DNA from: Thermoproteota archaeon
GTDB lineage: Archaea; Korarchaeota; Korarchaeia; B14-G2
Assembly: GCA_037917675.1 (NCBI GenBank)
Contig: JAVCBW010000036.1
Location: 27,307 to 91,306, forward strand
Direction of reading: 5' to 3'
DNA length: 64,000 nt
Numbering within the stretch: position 1 is the stretch's first letter; every line of letters starts with the position of its first letter. The position numbers were made by a program, and so were the translations under genes. The notes under the pieces are model-generated. The model made no database searches and had not been told where the DNA came from. It saw only the letters and a program-made list of their open reading frames with translations. Positions 30,189-40,989 of the stretch are shown here, piece after piece.

Positions 30189-31235
30189 GTGTTCTCTAGA
30201 GCATCTGCATATGCTTTTGCAAATGCTCGCTCAAGAGCTCTCCGCTCCTTTATGCTGACTCCAGCAAACTATGATATGCTTCTCAGAGCTAAGAACCTAC
30301 CTATGATGATCCAGACTTTACTCTCTATGCCCGCTTACTCCCAGTATACTAGAGAGCTTATGCAAGCTAAGACTCCAGCTGAAGTCGAAAAGATTCTAAC
30401 TAGAGACTACTATGACAAGGCTAGTGGGGTTTCAACTTGGGTCTCAGAGCGGAGAGGTAAGCAGTTACTAAAGACCCTATCTACGAGACTTGACATTGAA
30501 AACCTTAAACTACTCTTGAGGGCAGTTTTCACAGGCATGAAAAAAGAAGAGGTCTCTCTGCTAGTGCTTCCATCAGCATATTATCCTCTTGATACAGTAG
30601 CTAAGCTGCTTGAAGGAGGAAGTATAAGCGACATCATAGCATCAGCATGGTCTCCTAGGCTGAGATCTCTTTTACTTGATGCGAAAACAATGTCTGAGGA
30701 CTTCAAAAGCCCAGTTCCTCTCGAACTTGCAGCTGACAGCTACTTTATAGATCTTCTATGGAGGCAGGCTCAACAGCTCCCTATGGTAGACAAGCAGACT
30801 GTAAGGCATGTTCTTGGAGCAGAAGTTGATGTAAAATCGATGCTCGCCTGTTTAAGGGCTAAAACCTTCGGTGCAGGCCCTGAAGAAATAGATAGTCTGA
30901 TACCTAACGTGAGATACAGACTAGCTGACGACCTAGAGAGAGCAGCTAGGGCAGCTACCATAGGAGAGGCTCTAAGGATCTTAGCAGAAGGAGCTTACTC
31001 CAGCATACTTCGAGGTGTTCAGTCTCTAAGCGAGGCTGAGAGGAGGCTTACCCTATATATGATAGATGTCAACGAACAGGTATTCACACAGTATCCCTTC
31101 CAGCTAGCAGTTGTCATAGCCTTCCTAAACCTCAAGTACCATGAAATACGCAACTTAAAGAGCATAGTCATTGGAAAGTATTATGGGCTCCCCATTAGTT
31201 CCATCAAAAGTGTTCTCTTCCATGTTATCACCTAA
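30189..31235 (+). CDS. atpC: A1Ao ATP synthase subunit C
   Basis: YAFANARSRA, DIENLKLLLR, EIRNLKSI. Confidence 0.9.
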   Translation: MFSRASAYAFANARSRALRSFMLTPANYDMLLRAKNLPMMIQTLLSMPAYSQYTRELMQAKTPAEVEKILTRDYYDKASGVSTWVSERRGKQLLKTLSTRLDIENLKLLLRAVFTGMKKEEVSLLVLPSAYYPLDTVAKLLEGGSISDIIASAWSPRLRSLLLDAKTMSEDFKSPVPLELAADSYFIDLLWRQAQQLPMVDKQTVRHVLGAEVDVKSMLACLRAKTFGAGPEEIDSLIPNVRYRLADDLERAARAATIGEALRILAEGAYSSILRGVQSLSEAERRLTLYMIDVNEQVFTQYPFQLAVVIAFLNLKYHEIRNLKSIVIGKYYGLPISSIKSVLFHVIT

Positions 31236-31281
31236 ATACTTTTAAAAGACGTGTCCTGCGGGCTCACTAGGGTGGTGTCTC

Positions 31282-31623
31282 ATGAAGAGAAGTATGCTGC
31301 TGATTCTTGCAGCAGCTGCCGTAGCTGCTCTTCTCTCAGCAGTTGGTGTAACAATGATAGCTGCTGGCCAGGAAGGTGGAGAGCAAGGCAAAGGCGAGAT
31401 TGCAAGTGGGCTAGCCTTAATGGGTGCTGGAGTTGCCATAGGACTAGCTGGTTTTGGAGCTGGAGTAGGTATGGGAACAACTGGCGCAGCTGCTATGGGA
31501 GCCATAGCCGAGAAGCCAGAAGTCTTCGGTAGATCCCTGATATACGTAGTCTTTATAGAAGCCATAGCAATATATGGTCTAGTGGTCGCGCTGATGATTA
31601 TAATGATGGTCCCTCAGCTCTAG
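31282..31623 (+). CDS. atpK: A1Ao ATP synthase proteolipid subunit K (c)
   Basis: GLAGFGAGVG, AEKPE, FIEAIAIYGL; N-terminal leader plus one hairpin. Confidence 0.93.
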   Translation: MKRSMLLILAAAAVAALLSAVGVTMIAAGQEGGEQGKGEIASGLALMGAGVAIGLAGFGAGVGMGTTGAAAMGAIAEKPEVFGRSLIYVVFIEAIAIYGLVVALMIIMMVPQL

Positions 31624-31683
31624 TGCATATTTCTATGCTGGCATTAGGAATGTTTTTAGCTACACTAGAACTAAGGTGCTAAC

Positions 31684-33462
31684 ATGTCTGCTAAAGGTAG
31701 AATAGTAAGGATAGTGGGGCCAGTGGTTATTGCTGAGGGTATGAAGGGCAGCCAGATGTATGAGGTCGTATACGTAGGTAAGGATAAGCTTATAGGTGAG
31801 ATAATAGGGCTCGAAGAGGATAAGGCCACTATACAGGTTTATGAGGAGACTGTAGGCTTAACTCCAGGAGAGCCTGTAGAGGGAACTGGCAGGCCTCTGT
31901 CAGTTGAGCTTGGCCCAGGGCTCATAGGGAGCATCTATGACGGAGTTCAGAGGCCTCTCCCATCAATATGGGATCTGGTAGGCCCCTTCATAAGGAGGGG
32001 GGTGAAGGTCCCACCGTTGTCAAGAAATAAGAAGTGGCACTTCATTCCCAAAGCAGAGAAGGGAGAGAAGGTTGAGGCAGGAGACTTCATAGGGGTCGTG
32101 AAGGAGACCCCCTTAATAGATCACTATATCATGGTTCCACCAGGAGTCCACGGTGAGATAGTTGAAGTGGCTCCAGAAGGAGAGTACACGATAGTAGACA
32201 CAATAGCTGTCCTGGAGACTCCTGATGGCAAGAAGGAGCTGAACATGGTTCAAGTTCAGCCTGTGAGGGTGCCTCGGCCATATAAGGTGAAGCTTCCTGC
32301 AAGAGGGCTCATGGTCACAGGCCAGAGGATAGTCGACCTGTTCTTCCCGATAGCGAAGGGAGGTACAGCTGCAGTTCCAGGAGACTTCGGGACAGGGAAA
32401 ACAGTCCTGCTACAGCAGTTCGCAAAGTGGTCCCAAGCTGATGTATGTATTCTAGTAGGTTGTGGGGAGCGAGGTAATGAGATGGCAGATGTCTTGACAG
32501 GATTCATGGAGCTAAAGGACCCGAGAAGTGGCAGGCCTCTCCTCGAGAGAACCATAGTCATAGCTAACACCTCAAACATGCCTGTTGCAGCAAGAGAGTC
32601 TAGTGTCTATTCTGGGATAACGATAGCAGAGTACTTCAGAGACATGGGATATGACGTGTTCATGATGGCTGATTCAACAAGCAGGTGGTGTGAGGCTATG
32701 AGAGAGGTATCAGGGCGGCTAGAGGAGATGCCTGGAGAAGAGGGCTTCCCAGCCTACCTGGCCTCCAGGCTGGCAGAGTTCTATGAGAGGACAGGTAGAG
32801 TCATAACACTAGGCAAGGAGGAGAGAGTAGGCTCTGTTACAGTGATAGGTGCCGTGTCGCCTCCAGGTGGAGACTTCTCTGAGCCTGTAACCCAGAACAC
32901 GCTTAGAATAGTCAAAGTATTCCTCGCCTTAAGCAAGATGCTAGCTGAGAGAAGGCACTTCCCAGCTATAGACTGGCTTGAAAGCTACAGCCTATACATT
33001 GATGCTGTAGCAGACTGGTGGAGCAAGCTAGGCCCATGGAAGGAGATGAGAACAGAGGCCATGGCTATACTGAAGGAGGAAGCTGACCTACAGGAGATAG
33101 TACGCATAGTAGGCCCAGACGTGCTCCCAGAGAGAGAGAAGATGATCTTAGAGTCAGCTAGGATGATCAGAGAGGATCTACTATACCAGAGTGCTCTCCA
33201 CGAGGTAGACACCTACTGCCCTCCTGAAAAATCTATCAAAATGATGGAAATTATCCTAAAGTTCCACAAGCTAGGCATAGAGGCAGTCCAGAAGGGAATC
33301 TCAGTTAAAGACATAAAGACTCTACCAATAAGGTACAGGATAGCTAGGATGAAAGAGCTCCCATATGACAAATTCGCTGAGGAAGCTAAGAAGATAGAGA
33401 GGGACATGGAGGAGCAGTTCCAAAACCTAATTAAGAGTAAAGTCATAGAGGCTGTAGCATGA
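31684..33462 (+). CDS. atpA: A1Ao ATP synthase subunit A
   Basis: [40 protein letters not shown]; no intein. Confidence 0.97.
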   Translation: MSAKGRIVRIVGPVVIAEGMKGSQMYEVVYVGKDKLIGEIIGLEEDKATIQVYEETVGLTPGEPVEGTGRPLSVELGPGLIGSIYDGVQRPLPSIWDLVGPFIRRGVKVPPLSRNKKWHFIPKAEKGEKVEAGDFIGVVKETPLIDHYIMVPPGVHGEIVEVAPEGEYTIVDTIAVLETPDGKKELNMVQVQPVRVPRPYKVKLPARGLMVTGQRIVDLFFPIAKGGTAAVPGDFGTGKTVLLQQFAKWSQADVCILVGCGERGNEMADVLTGFMELKDPRSGRPLLERTIVIANTSNMPVAARESSVYSGITIAEYFRDMGYDVFMMADSTSRWCEAMREVSGRLEEMPGEEGFPAYLASRLAEFYERTGRVITLGKEERVGSVTVIGAVSPPGGDFSEPVTQNTLRIVKVFLALSKMLAERRHFPAIDWLESYSLYIDAVADWWSKLGPWKEMRTEAMAILKEEADLQEIVRIVGPDVLPEREKMILESARMIREDLLYQSALHEVDTYCPPEKSIKMMEIILKFHKLGIEAVQKGISVKDIKTLPIRYRIARMKELPYDKFAEEAKKIERDMEEQFQNLIKSKVIEAVA

Positions 33463-33471
33463 GGTGATCCT

Positions 33472-34875
33472 ATGAGCCTAGCTGCAAGAGACTACTATAC
33501 AATATCAGAGGTCAGAGGCCCACTGCTGGTCGTTGAAGGTGTCCAGGGCGCTAAGTACGGTGAGATAGTTGAGGTCATTACTTCAACAGGGGAGACAAAG
33601 CTAGGTCAGGTCATAGACGCCAGATCAGATGTAGCCATAGTCCAAGTCTTCGGTGGAACCAGGGAGATAGACATAGTAGGGACAAGAGCCAGGTTCACAG
33701 GAGAAACCTTTAAGCTACCAGTCTCACTAGACATGCTTGGGAGGATATTCACAGGGATGGGTAGGCCCAGAGATGGAGGCCCTGAAATACTCCCAGAGGA
33801 AGAGCTTGATGTCAATGGTGCTCCAATGAACCCTGCAGCAAGAGATTATCCGAGAGAGTTCATCCAGACAGGCATATCAGCAATAGACGGCCTTAACACC
33901 CTGGTCAGGGGCCAAAAGCTTCCGATATTCTCAGGCTCAGGCCTCCCCCACGCCGAGATAGCAGCTCAAATAGCAAGACAAGCAAAAGTTCTAGGGAAGG
34001 AGGAGGAGTTCGCTGTAGTATTCGCAGCGCTAGGCATAACATTCGAGGAAGCTCAATTCTTCATAAAGAGCTTCAGGGAAACAGGCGCATTCGAGCACAC
34101 AGTAGTCTTCATGAACCTAGCAAGCGACCCAGCTATAGAAAGAATAATCACACCCAGAGCAGCCTGCACAGTAGCAGAGTACCTGGCATTCAAACATGGC
34201 CTACATGTCCTAGCTATAATGACAGACATGACGATGTACTGTGAAGCCCTAAGAGAGCTTTCAGCAGCTAGAGAAGAGGTCCCAGGGAGAAGAGGCTACC
34301 CAGGATACATGTACACAGACTTAGCCACAATATACGAGAGGTGTGGCAGAATAAGAAGAGGTGCCCAGGGCACAGTTACACTCATGCCAATACTCACAAT
34401 GCCCTATGATGACATGACACACCCTGTACCTAATCTGACAGGATATATTACTGAAGGCCAGATAGTCTTATCAAGAGGACTACATGCCAAGGGTATATAT
34501 CCACCCATAGACGTGTTTAAGTCGCTGTCAAGGCTGATGAAAGATGGCATAGGACCAGGGAGGACTAGAGAAGACCACAAGGACGTGTTTGCTCAGCTCT
34601 ATGCTGCCTACACAGAAGGCTGCTATCTCAGAGAGCTAAGCGCAATCGTAGGCAAGGAAGCCTTGACACCAAGGGACGAGAAGTATCTCGCGTTCGCAGA
34701 TGCATTTGAGCGTAAGTTTATCCAGCAGGGAAGATATGAGGATAGAAGCATAGATGAGACTCTGAACATAGGATGGGAGCTCCTAGCAATGCTACCTGAG
34801 GAAGAGCTAACCAGAGTAGATGAGAAGTGGATCAAAAAATACCACCCGAAGTATAGAAGGAAGAAAGAGGAATAG
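33472..34875 (+). CDS. atpB: A1Ao ATP synthase subunit B
   Basis: [33 protein letters not shown]. Confidence 0.97.
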   Translation: MSLAARDYYTISEVRGPLLVVEGVQGAKYGEIVEVITSTGETKLGQVIDARSDVAIVQVFGGTREIDIVGTRARFTGETFKLPVSLDMLGRIFTGMGRPRDGGPEILPEEELDVNGAPMNPAARDYPREFIQTGISAIDGLNTLVRGQKLPIFSGSGLPHAEIAAQIARQAKVLGKEEEFAVVFAALGITFEEAQFFIKSFRETGAFEHTVVFMNLASDPAIERIITPRAACTVAEYLAFKHGLHVLAIMTDMTMYCEALRELSAAREEVPGRRGYPGYMYTDLATIYERCGRIRRGAQGTVTLMPILTMPYDDMTHPVPNLTGYITEGQIVLSRGLHAKGIYPPIDVFKSLSRLMKDGIGPGRTREDHKDVFAQLYAAYTEGCYLRELSAIVGKEALTPRDEKYLAFADAFERKFIQQGRYEDRSIDETLNIGWELLAMLPEEELTRVDEKWIKKYHPKYRRKKEE

Positions 34876-35300
34876 GCACCTAACCTCCAGGCTCCATCCA
34901 TTTCAACTACATTCCACCACCTTCAGGTCATCCTAAGCTCAGCAGACATACCTCGCCTTAGATAACCATACAGTTATGGAGTATGATCAGTAACTGCCAT
35001 GGCCAGGTTTCTGAGCTTATTAAGAGATGCTTGTTAATGCTGCTGTGCTTCAGGCTGAACTCGGAAGGAGATTAGGCCTTGACGCAGCTATGAGCTTTCT
35101 CTTGGAGGCTTGAGGCTGAGAGCTCAAGCTCACTCCTTAATCGTGTTAAGAGCAGTGAGAGGCTCTTAGAGCGCTTTATCCTGAGAGGGCTAGAGATGGA
35201 GAGCTGGAAGGACTCTTTTGATGTCAGTATTCTGATGGAGGTCTTCTTAACATAAGTCATCCTATATGGCTTTATTACATGGGTTACGTGTAGGTGATGT

Positions 35301-35915
35301 ATGAGGGAGCTAGTATACTCTCTGCTAAGGAGAAGAGCTTCTGTTAGGTGGTATGCTAGTAAGGAGATAGATCAGCGTGTGGTTGAGCAGCTGATTGAGG
35401 CAGCTACTTGGGCTCCTTCTGCTCATAATGCTCAGCCCTGGAGGTTTGTTGCTGTGTTTAGTAGGGAGGTTAAGGAGAGGCTTGCTAGGTTGATGGGTGA
35501 GCGTTGGCTTAGAGACCTCACTAGAGACGGTGTTCCAGCTGATAGAGCTGAAGTGATGGTCGAGGAGTCTGTTAAGAGGATTACTGGCGCTCCTGTTGTG
35601 ATAGTGGTTGCTTTGAGCATGATGGATATGGATCAGTATCCTGATGAGAGGAGGCGTAAGGCTGAGTTTTTGATGGCTGTTCAGAGTGTCGCTGCTGCAG
35701 TAGAGAACTTGCTGATAGCTGCTGAGGCAGAGGGGCTGGGCGCATGCTGGATGTGTGCTCCATTGTTTGCTCCAGAGGAGGTGAGGGCTGCTGTCAACTT
35801 TCCGAAGGAGTTTGAGCCTCAGGCTCTGATAACGCTAGGCTTTCCACTGGAGAGGCCTAAGAAGCCTCCTAGAAAGCCTCTTAAAGAGGTGCTCAAGTTT
35901 GACGTGTGGAGCTGA
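35301..35915 (+). CDS. Nitroreductase-family protein (FbiB C-terminal-like, F420 biosynthesis associated)
   Basis: RRASVR, APSAHNAQPWRF, LGACWMCAPLF; precedes cofD. Confidence 0.85.
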   Translation: MRELVYSLLRRRASVRWYASKEIDQRVVEQLIEAATWAPSAHNAQPWRFVAVFSREVKERLARLMGERWLRDLTRDGVPADRAEVMVEESVKRITGAPVVIVVALSMMDMDQYPDERRRKAEFLMAVQSVAAAVENLLIAAEAEGLGACWMCAPLFAPEEVRAAVNFPKEFEPQALITLGFPLERPKKPPRKPLKEVLKFDVWS

Positions 35916-36849
35916 TAGTATAGTTGCTTTAGCAGGAGGTGTAGGTGCAGCTAGGCTTCTTCAGGGGATGGTTAGGGTTCTAAGCCCAGAGCAGCTGACT
36001 GTAATAGTTAACACTGGAGACGATATAGAGCTCTGTGGGCTCCATATATCTCCTGATCCTGACATAGTGACCTATACGCTAGCTGGTATAGTAGACGAGG
36101 AGAAGGGCTGGGGGGTTGCAGGAGACACATTTAACTTCATGGAGATGCTCGAGAGGTACGGCTTTGAGACCTGGTTTAAGCTGGGGGATAGGGATCTTGC
36201 TACACACGTCTTGAGAACTTGGCTGCTTAGAAGTGGGAGAAGGCTTTCAGATGCCATAGACTTAATAAGGAGGAAGCTCGATGTTAGCGTAAAGATCCTC
36301 CCTATGACAGACGATAGGGTACGTACGAAATTGGTAACTGACAGGGGCATCTTAGAGTTTCAGGAGTATTTTGTCAAATATAGGATGAAACCTGAGGTCA
36401 GAGATGTTTTCTTTGAGGGTGTAGAGAAAGCTAAGCCAGCTCCTGGAGTCATAGAATCTATCCAGGAGGCCTCTGGTATAGTGGTCTGCCCTAGTAACCC
36501 TATTGTAAGCATAGCTCCAATCCTCTCTATCAGTGGCGTCAGAGAGGCTATCAGAGAGTCTAGAGCTGTTAAGGTAGCTGTGAGCCCGATAGTAGGTGGG
36601 AGGGCAATAAAGGGTCCTGCTGACAGGCTGATGAAGTCGCTAGGATACGAGCCTACAGCATATGGGGTGGCATACATCTATAGGGACTTCCTAAACTACT
36701 TTGTCTTAGACAGAGTAGACTTGCCCCTGGCTGCCAGAATCGAACGCGATCTTGGCATCAAAACTATAGTGGAGAATACCATAATGAAGACTATAGAGGA
36801 CAAAGTTAGGCTAGCTAAAGCAGTGATCAAGGTTATCAGGGGAGCTTGA
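35899..36849 (+). CDS. cofD: 2-phospho-L-lactate transferase
   Basis: LAGGVGAARL, VNTGDD, LGDRDLATH, FQEYFV, PSNPIVSI. Confidence 0.95.
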   Translation: MTCGADSIVALAGGVGAARLLQGMVRVLSPEQLTVIVNTGDDIELCGLHISPDPDIVTYTLAGIVDEEKGWGVAGDTFNFMEMLERYGFETWFKLGDRDLATHVLRTWLLRSGRRLSDAIDLIRRKLDVSVKILPMTDDRVRTKLVTDRGILEFQEYFVKYRMKPEVRDVFFEGVEKAKPAPGVIESIQEASGIVVCPSNPIVSIAPILSISGVREAIRESRAVKVAVSPIVGGRAIKGPADRLMKSLGYEPTAYGVAYIYRDFLNYFVLDRVDLPLAARIERDLGIKTIVENTIMKTIEDKVRLAKAVIKVIRGA

Positions 36850-37517
36850 TGGCTACGTGTGCTATTATACCAGTTAAGGAGACCCGGTTGGCGAAGTGTA
36901 GGCTGAAATCAGTCCTAACACCTGAGGAGAGGGCTGAGCTGACGCTTCACATGCTAAGTGATGTCTTACATGCTTTAACTGGATGTGGGGAGCTAGATGA
37001 GATCTATGTCGTCTCCAAAGACGAGCGCGTTAGAGAGATTTCTCTGGGATACGGGTGTGCTTTCATGGAGGAAGAGGGGCATGGGCTGCTCTCTTCAGTC
37101 AGGAGAGCAGTCACCAAGTGCTTCGACATGGGGTTTAGCAGGGTATTTGTTGTTCACTCAGATCTTCCTCTACTCACATCTAAGGAGGTTCTCGAAATGA
37201 TATCCCATGAGAGCACTTTGGTTTTAGCTCCCTCTAAGAGTCTTGGTACGACTGGTGTGCTTATCAGGAATGGAAGCGGCTTCACTCCACTCTATGGAAG
37301 ACATAGCTTCGCCAGGAATGTAGTGCTTGCAGCTACTCTAGGGGTTGAGTTCGAAGTATACTATTCAGTTGGTTTTCTTATAGACCTAGATCTTCCTCAG
37401 GACATAGTATATGTGCTCAAGGCGAGCTCTCATAGTGAAGCTAAGAAGTACCTCAAGGAGATAGAAGCAGAGTCTAGAGTGCTACATAAGCTAGCTAAAG
37501 TCAGTATGTCGCCTTAA
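36849..37517 (+). CDS. cofC: 2-phospho-L-lactate guanylyltransferase
   Basis: IIPVK..AKCRL, HSDLPL, DLDLPQD. Confidence 0.88.
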   Translation: MATCAIIPVKETRLAKCRLKSVLTPEERAELTLHMLSDVLHALTGCGELDEIYVVSKDERVREISLGYGCAFMEEEGHGLLSSVRRAVTKCFDMGFSRVFVVHSDLPLLTSKEVLEMISHESTLVLAPSKSLGTTGVLIRNGSGFTPLYGRHSFARNVVLAATLGVEFEVYYSVGFLIDLDLPQDIVYVLKASSHSEAKKYLKEIEAESRVLHKLAKVSMSP

Positions 37518-37577
37518 TAGCACCAGGTGTCCCATGTAAGATTTAAGTAGCAGGCCTAAGCGGCGTCTGGTGCTTGG

Positions 37578-38060
37578 TTGAGTGCTAGGAGAGCTAGCAT
37601 TATCGCTATAATGGCTGCCTTAGGTAATGCTCTTGCTCTAGTATCATTCCCTCTGATGCCAGGTGTCAGAGTACACTTCTCTCAGCTTCCAGCACTGCTG
37701 CTCTCAGTTGTATTAGGGCCTATTGAAGGAGCTGTTGCTGGGCTGCTTGGTGCTCTAGCTACATCATATATGATAGGATCCTTCTCAGCAGCATTCATCC
37801 CCATAGGGGTAGCTATACTGTGTTTTTCAACAGGGCTTGCAGCTAGACGTGTCATGCCTGCTCTAGCGTGTGTGATAGGGTTCCTAGCTGAGCTACCTTA
37901 CATGCTCTTGACGACACGTATTATAAGCAGGCTACCTCTTAGCGTAGTATCTGTGATAGCAGCTAAGGCTCTAGTTGAGGATATGGTGGCTGGTGTTATG
38001 ATAGAAGCTTTGCTAGCTAAGCCTGGCCTTAGAGAGATGCTTCAGAGGCTAGCTAGATAG
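37578..38060 (+). CDS. ECF transporter S component
   Basis: 160 aa, multi-TM, HFSQLPALL..LGPIEGAVAG motif. Confidence 0.8.
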   Translation: MSARRASIIAIMAALGNALALVSFPLMPGVRVHFSQLPALLLSVVLGPIEGAVAGLLGALATSYMIGSFSAAFIPIGVAILCFSTGLAARRVMPALACVIGFLAELPYMLLTTRIISRLPLSVVSVIAAKALVEDMVAGVMIEALLAKPGLREMLQRLAR

Positions 38061-38073
38061 GTTAGGTGGTATT

Positions 38074-38847
38074 TTGAGGGTTGTCCCTCTGAGATCGCGT
38101 GTGATTAGGCGTGGAGACGACCTGGTTGCTTTACTCTTAGAGAGCATAGATGCTGCTGGCGAGACTCTAGAAGACGGCGATATCATAGCTGTAGCTGATA
38201 AGGTAATAGCTCATGTTAAGGGTAGGATAATAGACTACTCTTCCATTAGGCCATCGGAGAAGGCTGTTAAGCTGGCTCGAGAAGCAGGCTTAGAGCCAGG
38301 GTTCGCTGAGCTTGTCTTGAAGCATAGTGACCTGGTGATCGGGACATCACATAGAACTATACTGACCATCAAGAAGGGCATACTCATCGCTAATGCTGGC
38401 ATAGATCACAAGAATGCTCCAAGTGGGCATGCTACGCTATGGCCTGAAGATCCTGACAGAGAAGCTGAGCGTATTAGGCTTGAGATCCTCAGGAGAACTG
38501 GTAGGAGAGTAGGTGTGATAATAGTGGACAGCAGACTAACTCCATTGAGGAGAGGGACTACTGGATTCGCGCTTGGTGCATCTGGCTTCAGGGGTATCAG
38601 GGACTTTAGGGAGAGTACAGATCTATTTGGAAACAAGATCCATGTTACAATGATGAACGTAGCTGACGAGCTTGCTTCTGCAGCTCATCTCTACATGGGT
38701 GAGGCTAGAGAGCTCACTCCCTTCGTCCTCATAAAGGCGCCTCCAGTTGAGCTTGGCGAGTTTGACCCTGAGCTCCTTAAGATCTCTCCAGAGGAATGCG
38801 CATACTTCAAGCCTCTATACTCTAAGCTCTTTCCTAAGGTCGGCTAA
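38074..38847 (+). CDS. cofE: Coenzyme F420-0:L-glutamate ligase
   Basis: ANAGIDHKN, PEDPD, DSRLTPLRRG, DLFG, ADELASAA. Confidence 0.92.
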   Translation: MRVVPLRSRVIRRGDDLVALLLESIDAAGETLEDGDIIAVADKVIAHVKGRIIDYSSIRPSEKAVKLAREAGLEPGFAELVLKHSDLVIGTSHRTILTIKKGILIANAGIDHKNAPSGHATLWPEDPDREAERIRLEILRRTGRRVGVIIVDSRLTPLRRGTTGFALGASGFRGIRDFRESTDLFGNKIHVTMMNVADELASAAHLYMGEARELTPFVLIKAPPVELGEFDPELLKISPEECAYFKPLYSKLFPKVG

Positions 38848-39663
38848 AGTAGCCTTCCTGCATGCAATTATGTCCTGCTTATGGACGCTTTCAAGGCATT
38901 TGACCTCAACATATACCTCAGTATCTCCTGGATACTCTGATAGTGCCTCCATCACTCTGCTTAGGATCTCTCTGACCATATCTTCAGCTAGCTTTGCATT
39001 CCTTAGGGAGCTGGCGACGAGAGCAGCTTCATCTCTCCTCTTCAGGAGAGCTCTAGTAGGGGAGCTCATGCTTTCTTCAACTATCTCAGCTAGCATCCTG
39101 TAGCTAGGAGGCTTCCACCCATATGCCTTCACCTCAAGACATCCTGTGCACCTCTGTGTATGTGTTGCCAGCCACCTTCCACCTATAGGCTTTCTAAAGT
39201 ATGCTCTGAGAAGCTCCTGTGTGCATGGGCATGCTGACATGCCTTCCACCTCGACTCTAGCCTTACTCTCTAAGATACCTCTACTTGTGAGAGAAGCTGA
39301 GAGTGTCACCTTATATGGCTCATAGGCCTCTTCCTCCTTGAGGTCTATAAAGCTCAGCTTGACCTCAGCTCTCTCAGCATATCTCATTCTATGGAGTATC
39401 TCCTCAGCCATCTTTGCCAGCGATTCCTCTGGTGGGAGCTTTCTCATGTAGGTGTAAGCTGCCTCCACTAGCCTAGAGAGGTCAGCTCCCCTCCTCCACT
39501 CTGGTAGCGTCACAAACAGCTCTAAGCACCCTATAGCTTCTCTCCCTCCGATTTTAACTGGAACCACCAACTTCGAGAACCCTACTTTGACTCTAAAGCC
39601 ATACTCTGGCCTATCGGAGTGTATGTCTCTAGCTTCCCTCACAAAGCTGTCATCTTGTCTCAT
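38815..39663 (-). CDS. mptA: GTP cyclohydrolase MptA/FolE2
   Basis: GMSACPC, ATHTQR, LKRRDE, ESVHKQD. Confidence 0.85.
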   Translation of the reverse strand: MRQDDSFVREARDIHSDRPEYGFRVKVGFSKLVVPVKIGGREAIGCLELFVTLPEWRRGADLSRLVEAAYTYMRKLPPEESLAKMAEEILHRMRYAERAEVKLSFIDLKEEEAYEPYKVTLSASLTSRGILESKARVEVEGMSACPCTQELLRAYFRKPIGGRWLATHTQRCTGCLEVKAYGWKPPSYRMLAEIVEESMSSPTRALLKRRDEAALVASSLRNAKLAEDMVREILSRVMEALSEYPGDTEVYVEVKCLESVHKQDIIACRKATLADLRKELRV

Positions 39664-39705
39664 AATTTGCTGCTGGGCTTCTGATTTAAAATGCAGCTGC
39701 TACTA

Positions 39706-40941
39706 CTACTCACCCAGTCCAGCTGCCTCCTCTATAATCTGAGCTAGCTGCATGAACTCATCTGAGAGAGTCTTAGTATGCCTGGCGTTCAGCTTCAGCT
39801 TCTCAACCACCTTCTCAAGCTGGCTTCTAGTCCCTACGACTACAGCTTCATGTATATCCTTCTCACCGACTAAAGCTGCTGCTGGGATAGCTGCATCTCC
39901 TCCTGCTGCAAGCATCTCCTGCTTTAAAACCAAGGCTACAGGGGAGCTCACCCCCTTCAAGAGCAGGATATAGTGCCTAGCCTTCCTGCTCATTATTAGA
40001 GAGCCAATTGGGTGGCATCCGATCCTCTCAAATAGCTCTGCTGCATCGCTTTCCGTGAGCTGTGGCAGCACGTAGCACTCTACTCCACCAGATTTCACAG
40101 CCTTCATGCCTTCTCGTATTGCCTCAGCTATCCTAACAGCATGCAGCGTCTCTTTTACGTCGTGTGTCCTGACAGCATCTGCTCCATTATATGCTGCTAT
40201 TGCAGCTGCAGCTATACTACCATATAGCCTTTCTTCAGGCTCACTTAGCCCGAGGATAGCTCCTATGAAAGACTTCCTCGAAACCCCAATGCACACAGGC
40301 CTACCTAGTATCTTGAGTCTATAGAGCCCACATAGCACCTCTATATCCCACTCATACCAGGCTCTCCCTTCTCCTCTAAAGAACCCTATCAGTGGGTCGA
40401 TTACGATCTTGCTCTCCTCAACTCCTTCACCTATAGCCTTCTCCAAGGAATGTGAGAGAAGTCTTCTAAGCTGTGGGATAGGGTCAGCCTTCATGTCAAC
40501 GCTTCCTCTTGCACCTAGTATCAGGGAGGCGTTCTCCTCTGCTACTAGCTTAGCTAGTCTCAGATCTGAGAGCCCCGAGACGTCGTTAAGTATGTCTGCT
40601 CCAGCTTCTAGAGCCTGCCTAGCTACCCTATATCTATGGGTGTCAACTGAGACTGGGACTTGGAGATGGCTGCTAATGAGCTTGACTGCAGGTATAAGCC
40701 TACTAGCCTCCTCCTCCTCGCTCACCCAGGTTTCAAGGTAGGGTGCAGTACTCATTGCACCAAGGTCTATTATATCAGCTCCCTCTGAGACCATTAGCTC
40801 AGCTCTCTCAAGTGCTTCCCTAGGGCTCTTTGCGATGGACTTCTTGTAGAAGGATTCTGGGCTGAGGTTTATTGCACCAATGACTCTTACAGGACACTCT
40901 AACCCAACAGAAACCCCACCGAGACTTGCTCTCCAGGGCAT
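39706..40941 (-). CDS. folP: Dihydropteroate synthase-family protein with C-terminal extra domain
   Basis: INLSPESF, SVDT, LNDVSG, GVSRKSFIG, VRTHDV; start uncertain (40941 or 40968). Confidence 0.88.
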   Translation of the reverse strand: MPWRASLGGVSVGLECPVRVIGAINLSPESFYKKSIAKSPREALERAELMVSEGADIIDLGAMSTAPYLETWVSEEEEASRLIPAVKLISSHLQVPVSVDTHRYRVARQALEAGADILNDVSGLSDLRLAKLVAEENASLILGARGSVDMKADPIPQLRRLLSHSLEKAIGEGVEESKIVIDPLIGFFRGEGRAWYEWDIEVLCGLYRLKILGRPVCIGVSRKSFIGAILGLSEPEERLYGSIAAAAIAAYNGADAVRTHDVKETLHAVRIAEAIREGMKAVKSGGVECYVLPQLTESDAAELFERIGCHPIGSLIMSRKARHYILLLKGVSSPVALVLKQEMLAAGGDAAIPAAALVGEKDIHEAVVVGTRSQLEKVVEKLKLNARHTKTLSDEFMQLAQIIEEAAGLGE

Positions 40942-40989
40942 ACTACCACACTGAGAGTTAAGAAACAATGAGATAATTATGCCTATAGC

